Below, one piece after another: positions 24,130 through 38,289 of a stretch of DNA of 64,000 nt. A model generated the notes under the pieces. That model was not told the DNA's origin. It saw nothing but the letters and a program-made list of their open reading frames with translations, and searched no databases. Each line of letters begins with the position of its first letter. The first letter of the stretch is position 1. The position numbers were made by a program, and so were the translations under genes. Origin of the DNA: the human T2T-CHM13v2.0 reference genome, Homo sapiens; the NCBI RefSeq assembly GCF_009914755.1, contig NC_060927.1; one strand, 5' to 3'.

Positions 24130-25570
24130 AATGTTAGGTGTTCATGTCACTGTGAGTCTGGTGTGAACTGGCAGTTAGAAGGCTAGCAGGGTGAGGAGGA
24201 CATCTGCCTATAAGGGTGACCCGGCATGAGGCAGAACCTGAGCAGAGTAAGGGAGAGACCCATGTGACCTTGGTGGGGTGTCATTGTCTGAGCAAGTTGA
24301 GGAGGATGTTCACGTGGGGTAGGGGCTAAGATGAAGAGTTAGAGTCTGAGTAGGGTAAGGGGGACATGCAAACTGGCTTTTGAGTCCTTGGATGGGGAAT
24401 AGGTGATGACAGAGATGGAAATCTGGCTACATACAGAGGAATTGGTTAAATAGATAAATAAATATATGAAAGACAATGGGAGTTAGTTTCTTACTATTGT
24501 AAAAAGGGTTGTAAATATAGCAAAGGAGAAGAGTAGATGAACCATGAAGATTGGGTTCAACACTACTGGTATGAACTCATGATTTTTAATATAAATAGAT
24601 AAAGATAGATAAAAAATATAGTTGTGTATTTATAAACACTCTGAACGTGTGTTTTTGTATGTGTTATGTACATACACATATATATCCACTTGCTCTGTCC
24701 ACTGAGAAGACTTTGGAGCAGCTATTCTCCACAAGAATGGACCCAAGGGTTCTTTGAGAAACACTGCTTTCAGGTCTGGAGCAGGGGAAGTTTGGTGGGT
24801 CTAGGTCATCTTGTGGCAAAATAAATAACTCAGACCTTCTTGGAGGTGTTTCCACTGGCTGAACCATGTTATCCTTGCATATTAAAATAACTATGATTTT
24901 AATAGATTATAACCCACTGATAAAACAAGAAAGCAGGAGTCCATGGTGATATAATTAACAAGATAATTATATCACAGGATATTTAAATAGTTTAGAAGTA
25001 TATCATCACAAAATATTAGTTAGAAAGGAATTTCACAGTGGAGAAAGATGGGTGGTAGGTCTCATGTTAATCTAGTGATCAAAGTGAATGCCATTATCAA
25101 TGAGACAAATTAAAATTATGTCCCAATTTTAATACCAGAAATGTATAAGATCAGGTAAATCCAGATTGGAGAACATTACAAAATAACTGGCCTATGATTG
25201 GCAAAGCATCAAGGTCCTCAAAGTCAAGGAGAAAGTGAAAACCTCTTGCAGCCTAAAGGGGACTAGAAATTCATAAAAGTAAACACAACACGTGAATCTG
25301 AATGCTTAGATCACTTTGCTATAAGGACACTACTAGGACAACTGGAGAAACTTACTGTTGTCTACAGATTAGAGAATTTTATTAGTGTTAATTTCCTGAT
25401 GTTGATAGTTATATGATTATATAAAATAATGTCCTTTTTTTGCTGGAAACAGAAAATTTGGGATTGAGGGACAATGGGACATGATATCAGCAATTTATTC
25501 TCAAGTGGTTTAGGAAAATAAAAGATTTTGTGCTGTACTTCTACATTTTTTCTTAGTTTATGATTATTTT
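24130..25570 (+). mobile_element. Old L1 (L1MC-type) 3'UTR
   Basis: tagataaataaatatatgaaagacaatgggag..., ttagtgttaatttcctgatgttgatagtt, gtgctgtacttctacatttt. Confidence 0.6.
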
Positions 25571-26009
25571 TAAAATATTACAAGAAATGCCTCTTGAATT
25601 CAGTGTAAGAAAGTGTGAACAAATTACTTAAAATAAATTTCAGAAGTTATTCCTATCATTTTATCTAATGATTAATTAATGCATCTACAAGTGTTGTCTT
25701 CATACAAATTTTATTAAGTTATCCTCTTGTATAAACCTAGAAAGAGCAAATTGGAAATGTTCCTCTTGAATATTTTTAGAACTGGCAAGAATATTTCTTC
25801 AGGTGATAGAGAATCAGAACTATCTGAAATTCTCTGGAAGCACATTTTTAAAAATGTTTACATCACATTTTGATTGGCCATATTTTAAATAAGAATTCTC
25901 ATTAGTATTCTTATTTTCTGATCATAATTGATCCCACTCTTGATTAGTTAATATAATTCTTTTAAACATCAACTATTTTTCTGTGCTGTGATAACAAGTG
26001 ATAGCTTCA

Positions 26010-26011
<2 letters not shown>

Positions 26012-26040
<29 letters not shown>
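26012..26040. repeat. (TA)n microsatellite
   Basis: Pure AT dinucleotide run. Confidence 0.95.
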
Positions 26041-26042
<2 letters not shown>

Positions 26043-27332
26043 AATACAGGACTTTTAATTTATTACTAAATGGTCCTAAGATTCTTATTCTTTTCCTCCC
26101 TCCCTTTCCCACACCTTTGCCTCTCCTCGTCATCCCCCTTCTTTTCCTCTCCTACTCTCTTTTTCTCATTCAGGAATAAGAAAATGCTAATTATTGCTAC
26201 AAATCTTCAATACTGTGCTAGAGGACTAACCCCAAATAATAATTTTGATGAGAAAAAAGAAAGAAGAATCGTTGGAAATGAAGAGTCATCTGTCATTATC
26301 TGTAGATGACAAGATGATGTAAATGGAAAAATCATGGAATTTAATGAACAAGTGTATAAGAGCAAGAGACTTAAACTATTACAAATAAAGGATTTAGTTT
26401 TATGAGAAGGGCCACTGTGAATGATGCCACTCTAGTTTTAGTCTCTTCTTATCCAGGTGGAAAAATTAATTTTATATTGAAAAGCCTGGTTGTTTTCATA
26501 AGAAGTCACCTTGTTTTCTTTAGAAATAAAGCTTCTATGGATTTATGTCATTATTTGGAAGAAGTGTCATTACAGAAAATAGAATTGGGCTGGGAGACAA
26601 TCAATTTGCTGTTCCCCCAAACATCAATTTTCAGATATTCACTTCACTTTTCATCTTCTTATGCAAAATCGTAACACCAGCAGATTCACATATTCAAATA
26701 CATAAAAATTTATATTCTATATTTGCAATGGAGTTCCATTCTTTTTTTATTTGTATGACCTTCTGACTTATTGAAATTATTATTATTGTCTTCATTACTT
26801 TCATGCATCATTGAATGCTTTTTGAACCATTGGTCCAAATTTTCAACTAGGAGTATTAGCTCAGCATGATACTTAAAATAGAAAATACTAAATTCACAAT
26901 TATAAGAAATATGTTGCAAATGGTGACAAATTCATCAGCAGAGACAAAAATACATTATGTTAACTGAAGAATAGGCAAGAAGAATGGCCTGCAACAACTT
27001 TTCAGAAGGTGATGATTATTAAACATGTAACAAGGCTTCCATGCAAATCACATCATTTGATATTATAAGTTTCTGAAATGTTTGTTAACATAATCACTTC
27101 ATTAATTTTTTCTTTTGAAGCTTCCATGTTCTTTGCAGGCCCGTTGAATAACCACTGTGGACCACCAGATGTCTGTAAATGTCACTTGAGGAAGCCCTGA
27201 TCTATAATACATATTGAGAAAGGAGAATTGAGGCAGCATTTGGGTTAATTAAAATTACACTGAAGTGAAATAGCTAAGCTAAGAGAAGCCACTCACCACT
27301 GTCCTGTCTTCATGCATATACTTCTTTCTGCA

Positions 27333-27626
27333 TATTATTATTATTATTATTTGAAACAGAATCTCACTCAGGGTAGAGTGCAGTGGCACAGTCTCGGCTC
27401 ACTGCAACCTCTGCCTCCTGGGTTCAAGCGATTCTCGTGCCTCAGCCTCCTGAGTAGCATGGATTACAGGCACCTGCCACCATAACTGGCTAATTTTTGT
27501 ATTTTTAGTAGAAACAGGGTTTCACCATGTTGGCTAGGCTGGTCTGGAGCTTCTAACTTCAAGTGTTCTGCCCACCTCAGTCTCCCAGCGTGATGGGATT
27601 ATAGGTGTGGGCCACCATGCCGGTCC
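27333..27626 (-). mobile_element. Alu (old S/J), (TTA)n tail
   Basis: Dimeric Alu antisense with a small deletion near the tail. Confidence 0.9.
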
Positions 27627-30270
27627 CATGTATTTCTGTCTGAGTAGATGCTCAGTGCCATTTCCTAGCACTGACCTTGGACTTGATACTTTCTTCTACA
27701 TTATATTTAGGGCCTTTTTATATGGTGTCAAAGTGTGAAAACATCCATGATGATGATGGTGCTTTAGAAATCATTGGGTTGTTGGTCCTGACCCTCATGG
27801 GACTTTTTCCCAATAAAGTCCCTTAGATTTTGTCTGTTTCTCTATTTTCAAAAGGACACATTAATCCTCAGTTTAAGGGAAATTTTTTAAAAATATTTTC
27901 CAAAAAAATTAACTGTTAACTTTTTTGGTTATTATAAGAAAGGAATCTTTCTGAATTCATTTATTATGATATTTGATGCTTTTAGATAAAGAAAGCCAAC
28001 AAAAAACTTCAAATTGCATAGAGACATATTCAAACATGGTGGAGTCCTTAGAACATTTATATAGGCATGTGGCTTTTGATTTCTGCATATTGAAGGCATT
28101 GGACACTTTAACAGTATATTTATTTGGGTATGAAAAAAATCACATAAAAATGTATGTATGTATATGAGTGGAGGGAGAGAAACAGGTAGAGACCTGAGAA
28201 ACTCCTACTTCATGATACTCCAAGGAGGATTCTCTTTGCTCACCTTATGTTTTCTTGGCTTTGAAATGGAAATATCTGGTATTTCCAGCTTGGATGAAAT
28301 CACACAATTCTAATGAGTTTTCTTGATACTTGCTCTAACCTGATTCAGGTCAGCTTATTGCTTCTTTCTTGTAGTCAAAAAGCAGAGGAACAGGAGGTAA
28401 ACCTTCCCTTTTTCATTAATGTTTCAGTGAGTGATCTTAACTCAAGCACTTCTAATTAAAATGTAAAGATCATTAGCATGCCCCGTTAATAGAGGTTTTT
28501 CTTTCAACTCAGAATGCTCCGGATGGAGGTGCCAGGCACACTCCTACACCCACCGGTGCTGAACAATTGCTGCTCTTGGCAAGGTTTCAGAACAGCTGGG
28601 GGTTTCTGTCTGTTACCTGAGCTGCTGGTGACAACTGCAACTTATGTCAGGCTCAGGGGCAAGGAAACAGGAGGCAGGGCTGGAGGAGCCAGGAGGAGAA
28701 AAAAAAACTGCAAAGGCAGCTTTTCCCTTCTTACTGCTATCAGTCTCTCAGGGTTGGCATTGCTGAATGAGAAAGAGGGAGATATATGCTAATGCTAATA
28801 AGAAAGGCATTAAATAATATTTTAAAATTATTTACTCAAAAAGAAAAATAAATTGAGATGTATACTCATATGGTACAGATCATATTTTTCCTTTTGGGGT
28901 TGAAGAATTCAAATATCTATGTAATCCCCAATCATGCAAAACATTTCAATTTGTGATATCTTTTCCTGAAGATTCATATTACTTTTGATTGATATTTAAA
29001 TTGAGATATTAACTGCTATTTGATGGTAAGAAATTTTAATTGTAATGGCTACATTATTTCATTTTGAATATGAGAATTTTGATTAGTTGAATCTTTAAAG
29101 GCCTATGATATATGTATGAGAATTAAATGGAGATTTAACCCAACAGCTTGTAATACTTATGGCTTATTTTATATGTATTGGGCTAATAAGACTAAATTGA
29201 AGAGATATAATAAAGAACAAGTTAAAACGTAGACAGCTAAGCCAATGTCCTATTACATGGCCTTAATCTTAGGGACATTAATGTGGGGATTTAAGATAAA
29301 TCAGAAATAAGAATTATGTCCATTGTGTCCTAGTCACTCTAGTAATTATAGAAAACTTTTGTTAATTTCTTGTTTTTATTTGCTTCTCTATGCCATCATC
29401 TCAACTTCTAACCCATTTCAATTAAGTTACAATATAATTAGTGTTTCTATTAAAATATTTGGAGGTAATAGAATAAAAATAGTTTCTTCTATAATCAGAG
29501 TTATTGTGTTGCCTTCATTTGGGTTATTTGTGATTTCAAATTTAGTTAGACTCAGTGGCAAGTGCTCATCATATGCACATTTATTTTTATGCCTTTCATC
29601 TTCTTGATTAATCATGTTTGAACTATTTGAGGAAGATATTTGAGCGTTGACTTTATACTGTGATTTTATAGAAAACTCATCTTAGATTTAGAAGGTTCGA
29701 AGACTTTGAAAACTCAACTATACAGTGATGGGAAGTAGACGACTATTATACGCTAGCATACCTGCAAGAAGAAGGTGCTGGGTTTTAGTCTGCATCATAA
29801 ATTTAATTTTCAATCCACACATGAATTGTTATAACTTAAAGCCATCAATAGATTCATCTACTTACTTTGGCAGAAAGACCGAGTGGTAGAAGTAGAGTTG
29901 AAGTCAAGGAAGAAACATTATGAATGACTGTCTTTTATAATAAATACAGATACTGCTCAGCTTTTCCTTTAGATAAAATTATTGGAATATATTGGGATAG
30001 GCCCAATTGTTACTTTTTTTTCCCTAATAGAGATTATTTGTTACCTATAAATCAATGGATTCAATAGTCATAGTTTTATAATAGTTTATGATTTTCATGT
30101 AAGCATTTACAAATAAAAAATAGATCATATGTTTCATTGTTAAAATGTCTCATATACAAATACTTACTCATTTAAAAATTATGTGAGCATCTAAAATGAC
30201 CAAGGAATTAACTCTTAGATATTGAGAATTCACCCAGTAAGCCAAACGTAAATGTTCTGTGAAAGAAGAG

Positions 30271-30635
30271 TGATATGGTTTGGTTCTGTGTCCCTACCCA
30301 AATCTCATATTGTAGCCTCCATAATTCCCACATGTTGTAGGAGAGACCTGGTAGGAGATAACTGAATCATGGGGGGCAGATCTTTCCTGTGCTGTTTTTG
30401 TGGTAGTGAATAAGTCTCATGAGACCTGATGGTTTTATAAGAAGGAGTTTTCCCACACAAGTTCTTTTTGCCTGTGGCCATCCATGTAAGACGTCACTTG
30501 CTCCTCCTTGCTTTCCACCATGATTGTGAGGCCTTCCCAGTCATGTGGAACTGTAAGTTTATTAAACCTCTTTCCCTTGTAAATTGCCCAGTCTCAGGTA
30601 TGTCTCTATCAGCAGTGTGAAAACGGACTAACACA
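30271..30635 (+). mobile_element. THE1 (B-like) solo LTR
   Basis: tgatatggtttggttctgtgtccctacccaaatctc...aaacggactaacaca. Confidence 0.9.
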
Positions 30636-30713
30636 AAAACCTTGGGAAAAACAAATTGTCAATACATTCCAAGTTGAGCTTATCAGAGCCCACAAAACTA
30701 TAACCCATTAGAA

Positions 30714-30860
30714 CAGTGATTTGGAAACTTGAGTGGGCATCAGAATCACCTGGACAGCTCATTGAATTCATATTGCTGCACTCCACCCTCAGAGTTTCTA
30801 ACAAGTTCCCAGGTGATGCTTATGCCGCTGTATTGGGACCACATTTTTGAGAACCACTGC
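30714..30860. mobile_element. MER5A-like hAT MITE
   Basis: catcagaatcacctgg...aacaagttcccaggtgatgct...tttgagaaccactg. Confidence 0.75.
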
Positions 30861-32279
30861 ATTAGATGATGTCAATAAAAATGTTTTAAACAATTTCTTT
30901 GCCTTATTTTAGATTCCAATTGGGCTAAGATTTTAATTTTTTCCTGTGATGCTCACCAGAAAAAATGACCTTAACATTTTGTAATGTCACTACAAGATGC
31001 TGTCTACAATTATTTTCACACTTATTTGGGTTATAGATACATGTCAACCAACATGCATGACATATATCTGATACATATATTTTTATAATGATGTAGTATC
31101 TATATCTATATCTATCATCTATCTAAGTACATGTTTATCTCTATCATCTATCAAAATATTAATTTATGCTGGATTTGTTTGAATTCCATTAAACTCCTAA
31201 ATAGCTTAGTAATTTTGAATTTGAAGTTGGGGATGGTGGTTTGGAAAAGGTTACAAGTTGGTGGAAAATCTCTAAGGATTTAATACCACAGTTCTCTCAA
31301 ATTGACCTTAGTGACTCATCATTGTCTTTGCAGAGAAAATTAGTAAAAAAAAAAAATCATAGGAGATCTTAAAATATCAAATGTCTTAAACGATTCTATC
31401 ATTTTATGAAAGTGCTTCATCAGTGAGATATTCTAATCTCTGAGATTAATGATATTGTAAAAATATAAAACTGCAAGTATATGTGAATAGTTACTTTGGA
31501 TTGACTTATGTATATATTTTGTTTCCTTTCCTTTAGATTACATACTTTCTCATCTCCTCAATCCTAACAGAATTTTAAACATATAGTCAATAGCATAATC
31601 CTAATGTCTGTAAAACTCTGCCTGGCAACTAGGTTGATGGGAGCAGATGTTAGGCAAATAACTGTGGAGCATCTATGTGAACTGCCCGCTGTTCCTTGCT
31701 TGAGCTCATACAAGAACTTGTACTCTTTCTCCTTCTTCAGCTCCCACTTGCCTGCACTTGATGAGAGATTTAAAAATCAGGGAGCATTATAAGGGGCAGG
31801 CTTTTTAGTGGAGGTGTTCCCCTCCCTCCCCTCAGGAGTCTGAGTGACTGCTCTCAGTGGGTGGAGAATGCCCTGAATGTGGCCATACCACCTGCCTCTA
31901 TTGCCTTACCTCCACATCTCCTGTTATCTTCAGACAAGTTAGGTAAATAGTTGAGGCTCCAAGTATTTTTTGGAAGGTTTCCTCTGATATTTTTCCAACA
32001 CAGTTTTGACATTTGGGGTGTGGCAGATTAGCATGTATTTCTGAAAGTTTAGCAGTTATGTCTACTAATAAATTTTAAAATCTTTATTTGATTGGAAACT
32101 ACAAGGGTATTATGGAAGTGGAATTATAGTTGTATACATAAAGTGTTGAAGTATATTAAGAGGTGGAGGTCATATTCACAGGGACTCCAAAAAAGAGTCA
32201 AAACAAAAGGTGACACATGAGCAGGTTGAAACATCCATGGGTAATTACATATAGCTATACATGTAAAACTTTCAAACAG

Positions 32280-33060
32280 TAACATTATGTAATTGTATAT
32301 GAAGGCATTCAGTATATATTTCTCTGAAACTTTCTTTTTTGACTTAAAATTTTATCCTGAACATTTGTCCATTTTGGTACATACAGATGTACTTTGTTCA
32401 TTTTAACAGTGATCTGATTATCTGTTTCATGGTTAAATTCTGATTGATTTAACCAATATCCTGTTAATGGACTTCTACCTCTCCGTTTTACTGCTCTAGC
32501 CAATGATATTGCAATGAAAATGTGTGTGTGTGTGTGTGTGTGTGTGTTTGTGAATATGTGTGTATACATGTAGGAGTGTTTTTATAAGATGGATCCTCAA
32601 AACTAAAATTTCTCCGTTGATATGTATGCATGCATATTTGAAATTTTGAGTTATTGTTCTAATTGTCCTTTAAAATCTTTTTACCAGTCTCACCAACATT
32701 GAAAGTGAATTTTTTACAACATCAAGAATAATTTTTTTCACTCCCTCAGCTGTTAATAAGATATTATGATAAATGATGACTGGTATAGAATAGCTATTCC
32801 AGTTTATATTCATCTGATCAATATTGAGGTTTTCATCTCATGTTTATTAGTTACTTGCTTTTCGTCCATAAATTTCCTCCTTGTACCTGTTGATTATAAC
32901 AATTCTTTTCCTAAATAGTATTCTAACACTTGTATGGTTTTATTTTACGCATTCACATCACTAAACCCCTGGAATCTTGGTTTGAATAAGGGAGGAAGCA
33001 GGAATCTAAGTTTATTTATTTTCAAAAAAAATAGCAAATTCTTCAAATACTATTTATGGA
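32280..33060 (-). mobile_element. Very old L1 (L1ME-like) fragments containing a (TG)n tract at 32521-32547
   Basis: Degenerate L1 3' antisense motifs (aaccaatatcctgttaatggac, attgcaatgaaaa). Confidence 0.5.
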
Positions 33061-33687
33061 CTAAATAATTAGCGTAATGATTTGAATTGCTACTTTCACA
33101 ACATAAAATATTATCTTATGCCTGGGAAGTATCTGAACAAGAAACTTCATTGTTGGCCAATCTTTTTCCTGCCATGTATTGTAAGGAATGCAAATAACCT
33201 ACAGAAGAAACAGCATGTGCAAAGACCTAGAGGCATCAGTAATGTGCTTTGGAAAATTTGGAATTTTTAGCGTAGCTGGAACTTTAAGTTTAGGAAAAAG
33301 ATTACAAACATTATTAGAAAGTCCATAACAAAATCAATGAAAAACATACCGTAATTAAAATACAACTCTGCAACAGAAGCATGACATTTATTTATTCTGA
33401 TTTGTTTTAGATAATCTATACCAGGGACCTATTTCAGCCCTTTCTTATTTTTTATAGAAGGTCAATATGTTTAAGTACAGTGCTTTAAGAAGCCTTTCCC
33501 TTTTACTCATTATTATTATTAGCATTTTAAAGTAAGCAATGTTATCATTTATATTTCTATAGTTTCCATCTTTCTTCTGGGAAGAGGAAATGCTGAGGGA
33601 AAAAAATGCACTGAGAGCTCAGTATTTGCATCAACTCTTCCCAAATTTCTGTTTTAATTTTCTGCTGAGAAAACTCTTTTCAAACTT

Positions 33688-33735
33688 CTCTTTTCCTCTC
33701 TCTCTCTCTCTCTCTTTTTTTTTTTTTTTTTTTTT
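33688..33735. repeat. (CT)n plus poly-T tract
   Basis: Direct reading. Confidence 0.9.
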
Positions 33736-33964
33736 GTCCAAACAGAACCTAAACATAAGATTACGTGACAGTGGGAGGTAGGGCATACAAGCAGACAGAC
33801 TGTGTATATTAGAGTTTTTGTTACTATTTTTTTCATCTTCAATGTTGATTTTTTTGTAAGGCAAATACAGTGTCCTCTGTGCTGAAACATATCCAAATGT
33901 TGCCTATTTTTATTAGATCTTTCAATTATGGTTATGAACTCTAATTCAAGGTAAATAAACACCC

Positions 33965-35440
33965 ATAAATAAATCTAGGCACTTATAGTCAACTCATTTT
34001 CACAAAGGCCTCAAGAACATACACTGGGGGAAAGGACAATATATTAAATAAATGGTGCAGGAAAAATTGGTTATTCATCTGTAGAAGAACAAAAGTACAT
34101 CCGTATCTTTCACCATATGCAAAAGTTAAGTGAAAATGGACTAAAGTCTTAAATCTAAGACCTGAAACTATGAAAATACTAGAAGAAAACACTGGGGAAG
34201 CACTCCAGGACATTAGTTTGGGCAGAGATTTCTTGCATAAGACCTCAAAAATACAGGCAACCAAAGCAAAAATGGACAAATGGGATCACAACAAGTTAAA
34301 AAGCTTTTGCACAAAAAAGGAAACAATCAACGAAATGAAGAGACAACTTACCGAATGGGATAAAATGTTTTCAAACTATTCATATGACAAGGGATTAATA
34401 ACCAGAATACACAAGGAGCTTGAACTCCTCAATCAGAAAAAAACACAAATAATTCAATTAAAATAGGGGCGAAAGATCTAAGTAGACATTTCTCAAAAGA
34501 AGTTATACAAATGGCATATAGGTATATAAAAAATTATCAGCATCACTAATCATCAGAGAATACAAATGAAAACTACAATGAACTATCATCTTACTCCAGT
34601 TGAAATGACTTTTATCCAAAAGACAGACAATAAGAAATGCTGGTAAGGATGTGAAGCAAAGGAAACCCCTGTACATTGTTGGTGGGAATGTACATAGAAC
34701 AGCCATTATGGAAAACAATATGGAGGGTCCTCACAAAAACTAAAAATAGAAATACCATGTGATCCAGCAATCCCACTGCTGGGTATATATCTAAAAGAAA
34801 GAAAATCAAGACATTGAAGCGATATCTATGTGCCCATGTTTATTGTAGTGCCATTTACAATAGCCAAGATATGGAATTCACCTAAGTGTCCGTTAACAGA
34901 TAAGTGAATGAAGAAAATGTGATATATATACACACAATGGAATATTATCCAGCTATAAAAAGAATGAAATCCTATCATTTGCCACAATGTGGATGGAACT
35001 GGGGGATATTATGTTAAGTGAAATAAGCCAGACACAGAAAGACAAATATTGCATATTCTTACTCATATGTGGGAGCTAAATAAAAAGAGAAAAAAAATAT
35101 CATGGAGACAGAGAGTAGAATGATGTTTACCAGAAGCTGGGAAGGAGGGAATAGAGAGAGACTGGTTAATGGGTACAAAAATATAGTTAGATAGAAGGAA
35201 TAAGATTCAGTATTTGGTACCACAATAAGGTGACTATAGTTAACAATAATGTATGTGTATTTCAAAATAACCAGAAGAGTGGAATTGGAATGTTCCTAAC
35301 ACAAAGAAATAATACATGCTTGACATGATGGATACTGTAATTACCCTGATTTGATCATTACACATTGTATGCTTGTATCAAAATATTGCATTTGCCGTAT
35401 AAATATGTACAACTATTATTTAATTAAAAAAAAACAAAAA
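33965..35440 (+). mobile_element. L1MA-type 3' part (ORF2 C-terminal region + 3'UTR + A-tail)
   Basis: ORF 34170-34466 MKILEENTGEALQDISLGRDF...KMDKWD is L1 ORF2; L1MA 3'UTR ttaccctgatttgatcattacacattg. Confidence 0.9.
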
Positions 35441-37248
35441 ACCCAATTACACTTTTATGTGGTTAGAATACTGTCTCTTTTTATTCTCTTTTCCCATTTC
35501 CTGCCTATCATGTATTCAGATAGCTGCAGGCAAGAAAAACATCTTCAAAAGTTATTTTGACTGAAATTAGCATCATTTTTAAGATTTAATCATTAAGATG
35601 TAATTAAAGTGCCATCATGTGTACTTTTAAATTGCTGATTGAAATCCACGTCTCAATGTAACCTTTTTCTAAACATCATACCTCTCTATACCAAACCCAA
35701 AAGCCCCACATTGTTTTAGATTTACTAATACAATCAACATACTATTCTACAACTCCAAAATATTCATTGAAAGCAATTTAATCCTTGTTGTTGTTGTTGT
35801 TGAATGGTTGCATGTTTAAGGGTATTTCTTTTCTAATATTGCGTGCAGATATTGTACTGAAACTATGAGAAAATAGGGCAAGGAGTGTAAGAGAATGCTG
35901 TTTATAATGATTGGTGGCACTCAGAGCCTTACATTGGGATATAATGCTAAATTGACTTTTGCAGAAATACACAACTTGTTGTGAAGCTTTGGACATTTTC
36001 CATAACCAGTGGTGCCAGATCCTGGAGGGGCTGGGCAGTCTGGGCAAAGACAAAGTAAACAAGTCAGTAGAAAAAACAATGATTAGAAAGACTGACCTCT
36101 GAACCATAACATCTCTGAGCTCCCAAAAAGGTCAACCTAAGTTTGGCAAATACTTCAATCCTCCTGGTGACATATAACCTTGGATGTTGATCACTCAAAC
36201 TTTTATTGTTGTTTATATCTAGAAGCGCAAGTTCTGGGAGGATGCCAAAAGTTTTGTGGTTATGATGTGTGGGGTATATTAGTTGGCATTGCTGGCTTGG
36301 GAAATCTATTGTTCTGAAGTGGAAAACCTGCTTGTTTAACATTCTCTCTTCCCATTCTGGAAAAAAAAGTGTGACTAATTTTTTTCCAGAAACTATATAT
36401 ATATATATTTTTTTTTTTTTCTAGTAGACTTGGAAAGGAAATCAGAGAGTGGTTCTCTCAGTACTGAGGTGCCCAGACAAGACAATGGCACAGTTGAAAT
36501 AAAAAACTGCAGAAAGACTGATGACAATCACTTACTTAAGCACCGAATACTGGAGTTGTAGCTTAGGTTGAAGGTTTGAAGGTGTCTGACACTGCCTTTT
36601 TTACCTTTATTTTTATTAAGAGAAGGCAAATAGGCTGTGATGTTTCTTTTTTTCTAAAGAAGTATTAGAACCTTGTTAATTATGGTAGAGTGAACATGGG
36701 CAGGAAAAGGAAAATATAATTTTAAGTATAATGGTGCATGCTGGAAACACAGATTGGCAAGCATATGGGATTCTGGCATCTGGACAGAAGCCTTCATTAC
36801 CACCTGCTTCTCAGAGGTTACTTTGGCAATTTTTGCAGCAATTCCAGTGATTCACAGGTCTGGGCTAACAATTTTTAGCAAGCAGCTAAAGAGGGCACAG
36901 GAACATAGAGGCAGTTACTCAGAGCTTCTGTCCACACATTGGTTTCATCTTCCTGGGTATTATGTCACTTTAAGATAATCTATGTGCCACTATTTCATTG
37001 TGATAGCAGCAGATGTTACTTCATGCTAATATTTTTTACCTGCTTTATTCACCAGGTGACACTCAGTTTTACCTTGGGAATGAATTATCTCTTCTGGTTC
37101 CATGAGATGTGAGGAATATGTGAAAAGACTTGAGTTCTTGTGTGTTCTGAAGTGTGAAGACCTAACTGGTTACCTCCAGCTCTCCTTGACTTTCTCATTC
37201 TTCCTAATGTTCCTGGGAATTTTAGAAATTCCTGCATGTTTTCAATTC

Positions 37249-38289
37249 TGAATAGTGCCGCAATAAACATATGTGTGCATGTGTCTTTATAGCAGCATGA
37301 TTTATAATCCTTTGGGTATATACCCAGTAATGGGATGGCTGGGTCAAATAGTATTTCTAGTTCTAGATCCTTGAGGAATCGCCACACTGTCTTCCACAAT
37401 GGTTGAACTAGTTTACAGTCCCACCAACAGTGTAAAAGTGTTCCTATTTCTCCACATCCTCTCCAGCACCTGTTGTTCCCTGACTTTTTAATGATCGCCA
37501 TTCTAACTGGTGTGAGATGGTATCTCATTGTGGTTTTGATTTGCATTTCTCTGATGGCCAGTGATGATGAGCATTTTTTCATGTGTCTTTTGGCTACATA
37601 AATGTCTTCTTTTGAGAAGTGTCTGTTCATATCCTTTGCCCACTTGTTGATAGGGCTGTTTGTTTTTTTCTTGTAAATTTGTTTGAGTTCTTTGTAGATT
37701 CTGGATATTAGCCCTTTGTCAGATGAGTAGATTGCAAAAATTTTCTCCCATTCTGTAGGTTGCCTGTTCACTCTGATGGTAGTTTCTTTTGCAACCCAAA
37801 TGTCCAACAATGATAGACTGGATTAAGAAAATGTGGCACATATGCACCATGGAATACTATGCAGCCATAAAGAATGATGAGTTCGTGTCCTTTGTAGGGA
37901 CATGGATGAAGCTGGAAACCATCATTCTCAGCAAACTATTGCAAGGACAAAAAAACCAAACACCGCATGTTCTCACTCATAGGTGGGAATTGAACAATGA
38001 GAACACATGGACACAGGAAGGGGAACATCACACACTGGAGCCTGTTGTGGGGTGGGGGGAGCGGGTAGAGATAGCATTAGGAGATATACCTAATGTAAAT
38101 GATGAGTTAATGGGTGCAGCATACCAACATGGCACATGTATACATATGTAACAAACCTGCACATTGTGCACATGTACCCTAAAACTTAAAGTATAATAAA
38201 AAAGTTTTAAAAAAAGAAATTTATAAATGTGACTAAATCCAGCTAATGGATTGAAAAAAAGAATAAGGTTTCAAAAAAAAAAAAAAGAA
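37249..38289 (+). mobile_element. Primate L1PA with 5' inversion (37249-37791 antisense; 37792-38219 sense) and extra 3' tail
   Basis: ORF2 C-terminus incl. CWWDC on - strand; sense L1PA 3'UTR; 20-bp TSD aga(a/t)attcctgcatgttttc at 37224-37243 and 38290-38309. Confidence 0.95.
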
